Positions 33,316-41,910 of a stretch of 44,344 nucleotides of DNA are shown in pieces. The number at the start of each line of letters is the position of its first letter. Positions within the stretch are counted from its first letter, which is position 1. Under the pieces are notes generated by a model. That model had not been told where the DNA came from, searched no databases, and saw nothing but the letters and a program-made list of their open reading frames with translations. Origin of the DNA: Fonticula-like sp. SCN 57-25 (lineage: Eukaryota); NCBI GenBank assembly GCA_001724245.1, contig MEDX01000680.1, forward strand, positions 1 through 44,344, given 5' to 3'. A program made the translations under genes and the position numbers.

Positions 33316-34974
33316 CTACTTTACGCTTGCCGTGCACTTCATGGCGCCCGTCTCGCCGCCAATCTCGACGTGCGACACGATCAGCGCCGGCGCAGCGACA
33401 CCCTCCTTTGCCATGGCGATCGCGCCCAAAATATTCGTCTCCTGCTCCGTCTCCATCCTGACGGTCGCGTCGGGCTGCAGCACGCGCAGCGCGTCAATGA
33501 TGCGCGCGACGCTGTCGGCGAGCACCGGCCCTTTGATTTCGAGCACGTGGCGCGGCGTCGGGTCCTTTCGCGACACGGCGGTCGTCTTAATCGCCATGTC
33601 GCAGCGCGTCAGAGCCGCGTTCACAAACGTCCTTCCTGCAATGATGGACGGCGCGGCGGCAATATCGATGGAGTTGCGGAGAATGTTCCAGAGGCCCTGG
33701 ACGGCCGCGTGGCCGCTAAAGAGGAGCGCGCCGGTGGCCGCGCCGTCAATTTCCCTCAGCGCGCGCTTCCTCGCCGTCGACTCGGCCCCGCCGCCCGCGA
33801 CCGGCGCGCTCGCCTGCGCGATCCTGATTCCGCGGCCGCTGCCCAACTCGTTGCTCGCGGCCTCCTCGAGCGCGGCGAGCTCGCGCATGGCGTCTTCCTT
33901 GGCGCGCACGCGCTCGTCGACTTCGTGCAGCTCGTGCGCGGGGACGCTGTTGCGCACGTACACGTCGGCGACGGCCTCGTATGTAACACCGTCGTCGTCG
34001 AGATTGTGACGCAGCGCGCCGCTGCCGCGCGTCACGAGCGCGCAGACAGAGCGGCCTTCGGCCTCGCATTCAAAGAGGACAAGGCCGCCGCGGCCGAGGC
34101 GGTACTGGAAAGAGCGGATTTCGCCCTCGCGAAAGGCGCCGTACGCGCTGTCGAGCGACTGTTTGAATTGGAGCTCGACGCGCTCATAGTGGCGGCGCGC
34201 CGCGCGCTGCTCGGAAGAAAGGCGCGAATCGGCAATAGACCGCGACGACTTTACGCGCGAAAAGGTCTCGCAAAGAAAAGGGTCAACATTAAACTCATAG
34301 TAGGAGAGTGCACCAAGCGCGCGCTCCTGCGACGTCAGCGAGGCGGCGTTGAGCGACAGCGATGCGACGGCGCTGCGGAGCCACAGGCTGCTGTCCGTCA
34401 CGCTCGACTCGAAAGAGACAAAGGGGAGCGACGACGTGATCACCACGTGGCTCTTTGTCGTGCGGTCCGCGCGGACCGTCGCCATCGTCGAGGCGATCGC
34501 AGAGGCGTCTTTTTGCGGGCTCGTAAGGGCGGCGCGCGTGGCGGGCTTGCGGGAGGGGCGCGCGGGCGTCACAGGGAAAAGAACGCTCGATTGGGTGGGG
34601 ATGCCTGAGGAAGTGTAGCCGTACGCGTCATCGTCGTCGTCGTCGGGAAAGCCTTGGCTCGACCCGCTCTCGCCGTCGTACGCGTCAGAGTCATAGTCGT
34701 ACGAGCCATCATCATCATCGCCATCATCATTGTCAACCAAGGGCGGGACGGCCTCTGTGCTGCGGAATCCGAGCGCAATGTCGTCCGCCGCGGTGACGCC
34801 GTCATTCTCATCACAGACGCCCGTGAAGGTGCGGAACGCGTCGGAAGGGGCGGTCGGGCGCGCGCGCGTCGCAAACGGGTTTGACATGGCGCCACGCGAT
34901 CCCGACGCGGAGGCAAGGCCCAAGGGGCGCGATGCCATGGGGAGCAGGCGCGGACGCTTCGAGAGACGCTGCAT
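33316..34974 (-). CDS. DONSON: DONSON (downstream neighbor of Son)-like replisome/CMG assembly factor; start codon uncertain
   Basis: Blocks resembling DONSON in order: DRTTKSHVVITSSLPF, FKQSLDSAYGAFR...FQY...VLF, ALVTRGSGALRHNL..DGV, LLFSG...VQGLWNIL, PSIIAGRTFVNA, LEIKGPVLAD. Intronless, with a disordered acidic N-terminus. Confidence 0.78.
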   Translation of the reverse strand: MQRLSKRPRLLPMASRPLGLASASGSRGAMSNPFATRARPTAPSDAFRTFTGVCDENDGVTAADDIALGFRSTEAVPPLVDNDDGDDDDGSYDYDSDAYDGESGSSQGFPDDDDDDAYGYTSSGIPTQSSVLFPVTPARPSRKPATRAALTSPQKDASAIASTMATVRADRTTKSHVVITSSLPFVSFESSVTDSSLWLRSAVASLSLNAASLTSQERALGALSYYEFNVDPFLCETFSRVKSSRSIADSRLSSEQRAARRHYERVELQFKQSLDSAYGAFREGEIRSFQYRLGRGGLVLFECEAEGRSVCALVTRGSGALRHNLDDDGVTYEAVADVYVRNSVPAHELHEVDERVRAKEDAMRELAALEEAASNELGSGRGIRIAQASAPVAGGGAESTARKRALREIDGAATGALLFSGHAAVQGLWNILRNSIDIAAAPSIIAGRTFVNAALTRCDMAIKTTAVSRKDPTPRHVLEIKGPVLADSVARIIDALRVLQPDATVRMETEQETNILGAIAMAKEGVAAPALIVSHVEIGGETGAMKCTASVK

Positions 34975-35119
34975 AGAAGAACGAGGTCGAGAAGGAACAA
35001 ATAGGGAAAGTGGGGAGAGAAGGCGGTAGCGCGAATATACCGTCGGGTGTGCAGCCGCAGATGCAACCTTTGGGGATGACCACGGGTGCCCTGCGCGCGC
35101 TGTGGGAACCGCTTGGGCT

Positions 35120-35260
35120 TTCAAGTTGCAATGCAAACTGTGAGGAGCGCGCCAAAATTGATGGACGCGTGTGATTGGTTGGAATTGAACGAAATCGACC
35201 AATCGCGATCGTGTAAGGGATTTTTTGAATCGCGCGGGTCGCACACCCCGCGTCAAAATG
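35120..35260. promoter_or_regulatory. Putative cell-cycle promoter elements upstream of DONSON (E2F-like, CCAAT, CHR-like)
   Basis: TTTTGGCGCG on the minus strand (35148-35157), ATTGG/CCAAT boxes (~35174, ~35199), TTTGAA (35224-35229) and CTTGAA on the minus strand (35120-35125). Confidence 0.4.
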
Positions 35261-35790
35261 TCGGCTCAGATGTCCACTATAGATCAATAGGGGAAGGGCG
35301 CAGAACAACGACGCAGCGGAGTGTGTCATTTTCTTCAGCGGTGTTTTGGTGATTTTGAAAGTTTCTAGCCTTTTTTGTTTTGCTATCGGTTGGAATCGTT
35401 CGACGATTGCATTCTCGAGAGCATGGACCTGATCAAGAGCTTTTTCACCAGGCGCAATCCTCTTGTTCATGAATAAAGGTGAACATAGGCGTTAAGAACA
35501 ATAAAGTTTGTCGTCGGCGTATCCTAAGTGACCTGTAGGCTCTGTGCCGGCCCAACTTCAGTCGACCAGGTCACGAGCTTGTTGCCTTCTACCATACTTT
35601 CATCCCGTGGCTTGTAAGTAATGTTCAATTATATCAACAGAGCAGCAACATCATGTAAAGGACTTGGTGCTTATTATTGTTTGAACACCCTTTCACGTTT
35701 GCGCGCACCCGTTGTGGTCCACTCTCCGCCAAAATAATACTCCCGATGGATGCAAACTGCAAACTGACAATCCACCTTCCAACTTCGAAG

Positions 35791-36143
35791 ATGGAGGGCG
35801 CCAGGCGTAAGCCGACCGATTTCCTTCAGAGCATCAAGGGGAAACAGGTCATCGTGCGCTTGAATTCGGGCGTTGACTACCGCGGTGCGCTCTATTTGTT
35901 TTACTTTTCGTAAGTTTATTGATCGATTATCCCGACTTTTGCAGGCGTCCTTGCGTGCCTTGATGGCTACATGAACATTGCGCTGGAGCAGACGGAAGAG
36001 TACGTCAACGGCCAGTTGAGGAACAAGTACGGCGACACATTCATTCGCGGAAACAATGGTTCGTCCTTTTTGTTGTGCTTTTCTTTCTTTTCTAACGGCA
36101 TTCGGCCATAGTGTACTACATCAGCCTCGCCAGCACGGCGTAA
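35791..36143 (+). CDS. LSM6: U6 snRNA-associated Sm-like protein LSm6
   Basis: PTDFL...VIVRLNSGVDYRGVLACLDGYMNIALEQTEEYVNGQLRNKYGDTFIRGNNVYYIS after removing introns 35885-35944 and 36059-36111. Confidence 0.96.
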
Positions 36144-36421
36144 CGGTGTATTGTCATCTTCTGAATAGCGCTTTCTTTTTCGTTTGCTGTAACAAATGCT
36201 ACAAATATGAAACATGTGTTAAACATTGTGGACTTTAGCCTTTCGGCGCACTCACAGCAGCATTTTCACTGCGCACTTGATTATTCCTTCATAATATGTA
36301 CAAAGAATTAAATTCACAACACTCCAGGCCGCGCGCCTCGCCGCGGCTTGGCCATTACACGTAATGTACACATACATAAACGCAAAAAGAAAGCAAAAGA
36401 GTAGTAGTTTAAAGGCGCGCC

Positions 36422-36958
36422 TCATGTAAGACTCGACTCGGCAAGATCCTCGCCTATGATTACTATCAGTTCAGGGGGTCCAAAGAAAAGAGGCCCGCGT
36501 ACTCGGCATCAGCCGCTGTATTTCCGCAAGCTCGTGCTCCTCCGCGTCGTCAATGTCGTCATTAAATGCTGAGCTATGATTCCCCGAATCAGCCGCTCCC
36601 ATCATCTCCTGATCGACCCAGGCGTCATCCTCGGCCTCCCTCCTGCTGACAGCGAATGCGTCGCGCACCAGCAACGCGTCCGTTTTTACGACAGCTGAAG
36701 CGGCAAAGTGTCAGTAAAGACGCAAAGTAGACGTGACCGAGAGATGCGCACCGAGCTCTGCTGGGGAAATGTAATCCGTCGGCTGCTGCATCTCCTTCAT
36801 GAGCCTGTCATCTGTGTACCGCCTGCCACGCAAACACGCATGTCAGCCCATGTCACAGCGTCAACGCAAAAGAAAGAGGCGCACCATGCTTCAGCACGCG
36901 TTACGTGCGAATAATGCGTCTTCTTTCGCCCTTTTTTCGTCGAGCAGCATTGGCCCAT
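36422..36958 (-). CDS. Small (122 aa) orphan protein with N-myristoylation/palmitoylation motif MGQCCS and acidic C-terminus
   Basis: Three canonical introns (36823-36884, 36695-36751, 36454-36502) with GTGCGC/GTACGC donors and CTGAY branch points join four exons (74+71+192+32 = 369 nt) into one frame ending in TGA. Confidence 0.72.
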
Positions 36959-37542
36959 GTTTGCACGCTGCCAACCTGCTCCTGACGTAAAGGTTACCGA
37001 AACGATTACCGGGGAAACCACACAAGGGCACCGCCCAGCCCGCGCTGCCTTTGACGTAGCCTCGCTCTAGTGGGCACAATTAGCTCCCGTGGAAGTGACC
37101 GGCGCAGGACACGGGAGGATGCCGCGTCACAGAAGCGAAGAGAAGATGTAGTGGCTGTTTGCAAGCAAACAGCAATCAAACATGTATGGACCCACGATCA
37201 GCGATGATGTTCAAAAAGAAAGGGTGTATCAAAAGGTGTATTGAATAATATGTTTATAGTAGCAGAAATAAGACCCAAAACGCACGGCGCAAAAAGGCAG
37301 TACAAAATTTGAAGGCGCCCAAAGAGCGCCTTCTTTTCTGTTTTTGTTGGTCTATCAAAAAGGTTGAATAGCGCTGTACAAGACGCCGGCCGCAAGGCAC
37401 GGCGCCCCCCTACAAGCGCCCCCCAAAACCACAAAAGAAAAAAGAAAAAACACGTAATAATAACGGCACAAAAAGCAAGAGAAAAGGCCCGTCGGCAGAT
37501 CCCTTCCCTATTCTAAAACCACGTAGGTCCAGTCAGTTCCAT

Positions 37543-37800
37543 TTAGGCCGACTTCTCCTGGTTCTGCTGGCGGATCTTCTCGTAACCGGCCTTGTTGACG
37601 GTCATGAACTTGCGCGGGTCAGCATCACGCTCGATGGCGAGGTACGGGTGGGGGTTCTTGCGCGAGTAGGTCACATCGGGGGAGGTGGCGAGGCGGCCGA
37701 GGTAGAAGGCAACACCGCCGATGGCGACGACGAACGTGGCGTAGATGGGGATGGCTCCCGGCTCATACCACTTGCCCATAGCGTTACGAATAGCAGACAT
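37543..37800 (-). CDS. NDUFA4: NDUFA4/MLRQ (B12D) family small mitochondrial membrane subunit, 85 aa
   Basis: IPIY + single TM helix + YLGRLATSPDVTYSRKNPHPY + KFMTVN pattern typical of the family. Confidence 0.85.
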   Translation of the reverse strand: MSAIRNAMGKWYEPGAIPIYATFVVAIGGVAFYLGRLATSPDVTYSRKNPHPYLAIERDADPRKFMTVNKAGYEKIRQQNQEKSA

Positions 37801-38205
37801 GGCGGCGAAGAAGGGGGATCCCGGACAAGCGAGGGGGGGCTAAAGGGGAAGAATTGTGAAGAGGAAAAAAAGGCGCCGCCGCGACAACGTGGCGAATCGA
37901 CACGTGGGCGATCGGTAATTTGAGGTTCCCGCCAAAATGGACCAATCAGGATCGCTATTTTGTGATGTACGCACAAACAAACGGTAATGACGCCAAACGT
38001 GAAAACCAGAACAAAAACAGGAATGGCGTGCATTTGGATGCTATAATACAAAAGCTCTCATAACATAGTAAATATACATAATGGTAAAAACATGCTACGT
38101 AGTATACAAGCCTAAAACTACAGTTCATTACTTACAATTCATAGCCTCGAACTTGCCCAATTGAGGTTTTTGCCCATTTGAAGGTCTTGTCTTGCGGCTC
38201 AAATG

Positions 38206-39335
38206 CTAGTCGGAGCGCATTCGACGCACGCGCTCGGCAAAGGGGGTAAACTAAATAACAACTTGTTAGAAGCGAGCGCGTGGCGGCAAATGCGGTGCGT
38301 ACGTTGTCCAGCATCTCTTCCGAGAGCACTTCTGGCCCGCCGTCGCTGCCATCGCTGCCGACATTAAACAACGAAACGGCCTCTTGCGTGGCCCTCTGCG
38401 TCTGCGGCGGCGACAGCGGCTCGTCGTGGACGGCCGCCGTCGGCTCGCGCGCCTTGTCCATCTTGAGGCGCATCACCACGTCGCCCCACGACAGCTCTCG
38501 CCGGCACGCCGGGCACGGCCCCTTGATGGGAATCAACTGATCTGTTTCACATAAATAAGCCTCATAAGTAACGCAAAAAGCGACAACAAGAAACCATTTG
38601 TCACGTACGATCGACTTCGTCGCCGAGCATGTGCCGCGCGAGGCAGGCCAAGTGCGACTTTGCGTCGCAGTGCGCGCATGACGGCGTTGCGCCGATCAGC
38701 GCGCTCGAGCACACCGCGCATATACCCGCACGCCTTCTTCCGCCGTCCGCCGCAGCAGCAGCTGCTGGGCGCATCGGTGTGACGTCGGCGAGGATCGACC
38801 GCTCGTCGTCGTCGTCGTGGATCACGTCATCCTCGTCGATGGACGTGAACGCAAAGGGCAGCGCGTCGGGCCCGCTCACCAGCGTCGTCGGAACGCGCGC
38901 GCCGAGCGGCGTCGCTGCAAAAGCTGTGCGTTGCTGCGCCGACATGAAGGCGACATGCAGCGGCCACCGGCGATACGGCGGCAGTGACAGCATCTGCGAG
39001 AGCGCAAACAGCTTGGCGGCGAGCGACTGGTGAGCATGGTGGCGCGCCCACGGGCGGCCCGTCGTGGACGTGCACTTTGCGCGTGAAAAGTGGCGCGACT
39101 TGTGCGGATTCTGCCATGCCCACTCAAACTGGAGCGCGGCAAACTTGTTGGGGAATCCGTGCACGACGAGCACCATGTCCCATGGTCGCCGGCGGGCGGT
39201 GCGGCTCGCGCCACCGACAACGGCGCCGTTGTGCTGTCGGAGACGGCGCACGGGGTTCACCGTAAAGCCAATATACGTCGCGCCAGGGCGTTCCGCATGC
39301 CGACTTACGAGCAGGTAGCAGCCAAAGAACAGCAT
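38206..39335 (-). CDS. SLX1: Structure-specific endonuclease subunit SLX1 (GIY-YIG + RING-like domain)
   Basis: GCYLL...TYIGFTVNPVRRLRQHNG...RPWDMVLVVHGFPNKFAALQFEWAWQNP, then CAVC...CAHCDAKSHLACLA...LIPIKGPCPAC. Introns 38542-38608 and probably 38251-38302. Confidence 0.93.
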
Positions 39336-39448
39336 CCGCAATGCGCAACGGTGACACAACACAGCACAGCTCAGGCCACGTGGATGATATGTTGTAAATT
39401 GCAGTTTGCACACAGCCACGCGGAGAGAGATTGTTGGCCGCCGCTACG

Positions 39449-41562
39449 ATGGGTCGCCGCAAGCTTGAAGATGCCATTGAGCAGCGGAAGAAGCGCAAGG
39501 CTTCCGGGGGTCTCGGCCGCACGATGAAGCGCCAGCAGGAGCCCGAGCCTTTTGGCGTGCCGGTTGCCGTCAAGGCCGCCCGCCGCGCCGCCAAGAAGCC
39601 CGAGCCCGTGCCTGAGCCCGAGTCTGAGGAAGAGGAAGAGGAGGTCGAGGACGAGATCGAGGAGGAGGAGATGGCCGACAGCGACGAGGAGGTTGTTACC
39701 GAGTCGCTCGACGACTATGCCGACGGTCTCGAGGAGGGCGACGAGGAGGAGGACGAGGAGGAGGACGACGACGAGATCGTTGTCAAGAAGGTGCCCGGCT
39801 TCACCGACGAAAACGCAAAGTGGCTGAGGCCAAAGCAGCAGCAGCAGCTCGTGCGTCTTTACTGCAATTCATGTTTCTATTGACTAACATGTTGTTGCGG
39901 CGCAGTTTGCTGACGATGACGAGGAGGATGAGGACGACGAGGAGATGGACGAGGATGACGAGTTTGGCGGCTCTGATGACGAGGAGGACGACGACGACGA
40001 GGAGGAAGACGATGAGGAAGGCTCTGACGACGACGAGGACGACGAGCTCCCCATTGAGAAAAAGTCGCGCAAGCTCGATGCCCGCCGCCGCCGCGACGAG
40101 AAGCTCTCCGAAGCCGAGATGCAGACCAACATGATCTCCAAGGAGGATCGCGCCGTCCTCCCCTCTGGCGCCGACATTTTCGAGTCTGGCGACGCGCCCG
40201 ACCTCTCGACCGTTCAGCAGCGCATCCAGCTCATCGTCCGCGTGCTCGCCAACTTTGCCGAGATGCGCGAGGAGGGCCGGTACGAGCGCTTTAGATGGTT
40301 TTTTTCCCCTTTCCTGACAATCTTTTCTTTCCAGGTCGCGCAGCGAGTACATGGCGCAGCTCATCAAGGACCTTGCGCTCTACTATGGCTACTCTGAGTT
40401 TATGCTTAATCTGATTCTTGACATTTTCCCGCCGGCCGAAGCCGTCGAGTTCCTCGAGGCGAACGAAGTCCCGCGCCCCGTCGTGATCCGCACCAACACG
40501 CTCAAGACGCGCCGCCGCGACCTCGCGCAGGCGCTCATCAACCGCGGCGTCAACCTCGACCCGCTCGGCAAGTGGTCCAAGGTCGGTCTTCAGGTCTTTG
40601 AGTCGCAGGTGCCCATCGGCGCTACGCCCGAGTACCTCGCCGGCCACTACATTCTGCAGTCGGCCGCCTCGTTCATGCCCGTCATCGCGCTCGCCCCCCA
40701 GGAAAACGAGCGCGTGCTCGACATGGCCTCCGCGCCCGGCGGCAAGACGACGTACATTGCCGCGCTGATGAAGAACACTGGCAGCGTCTTCGCGAATGAC
40801 CCGAACCCCGACCGCTGCAAGGCCATCATTGGCAACGTTCACCGCCTCGGCATCCACAACACCGTCGTGATCAACTATGACGGCCGCTCGTTCCCCAAGG
40901 TGATTGGCGGATTTGACCGCGTGCTGCTCGACGCGCCGTGCAGCGGCACTGGCGTCATCTCCAAGGACGCCTCTGTCAAGACGAACAAGAGCGAAAAGGA
41001 CATTCAGATGCTGTCGCACCTCCAAAAGGAGCTGATTTTGTGCGCGATTGACTCTGTTGACGCCAACTCCAAGACGGGCGGGTACCTTGTCTACTCGACG
41101 TGCTCGATCAGCGTGCAGGAAGACGAAGAGGTTGTCAACTATGCGCTGCGGCGCAGGCCGAATGTCAAGCTCGTCCCGACTGGGCTCGAGTTTGGCACGG
41201 AAGGGTTTGTGCGGCACCGCGACAAGCGGTTCCACCCGTCGCTCAAGAACACGAGGCGCTTTTACCCGCACGTGCACAACATGGACGGGTTCTTTGTCGC
41301 CAAGTTTAAAAAGGTGTCGAATGTCATTCCCAAGGTGCAGCTCGCCGAGGAGGAGATTGCAGAGGACCAGGAGCTCGCGCGCGCGGCCGAGATGGCGGCG
41401 GCAGAGTTGAAGGCCGGGAAGGGCGGCAAGGCCGTCAAGGCGCCCGCGTTTAACGAGGACGAGGACAAGGAGTACATGGAGAGGGCCAAGCGCAAGCGCG
41501 ACAAGAACCACGGATTTGCGGGTGGGAAGCGCAAGAAGGAGCAGACGAAGGGCGAAAAGTAA
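39449..41562 (+). CDS. NOP2: 25S/28S rRNA m5C methyltransferase NOP2/NSUN1
   Basis: Acidic N-terminus, IGATPEYLAGHYILQ, LDMASAPGGKT, DRVLLDAPCSGTG, VYSTCS, PHVHNMDGFFVAK. Introns 39851-39905 and 40280-40334. Confidence 0.97.
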
Positions 41563-41910
41563 AATGATGACGTGTAAAGGAGCCGTTTTTTACTTGCTTT
41601 TCATTTTTCCTCGCTGTGTTGGTTTGGTTTAAATGTACAAATTGGTGGCTGGTGCAGCCCGGTGCTCTTAATAAACACATTCAAATTGAAGATAATGAGA
41701 ACTGATATTCAGATATTATGAATACTAGACAGTACACTGTACAATGTGCGGTGAAATCAACTGAGAATCTACAGTATTTCAGATATAGATATTTATTGAT
41801 GTCCAATACATATTAAAACGACCAATATATTGCGTTAAAATTAATGCTGTACTGCGACAGAATCGCCCATAACCGTGCATCCCTCTACAAAACCCTATAT
41901 AAACCCCCCC

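Noticed and set aside
39620-40050. GAG/GAC-rich low-complexity sequence
   Set aside because: It encodes the ordinary acidic N-terminal region of NOP2.
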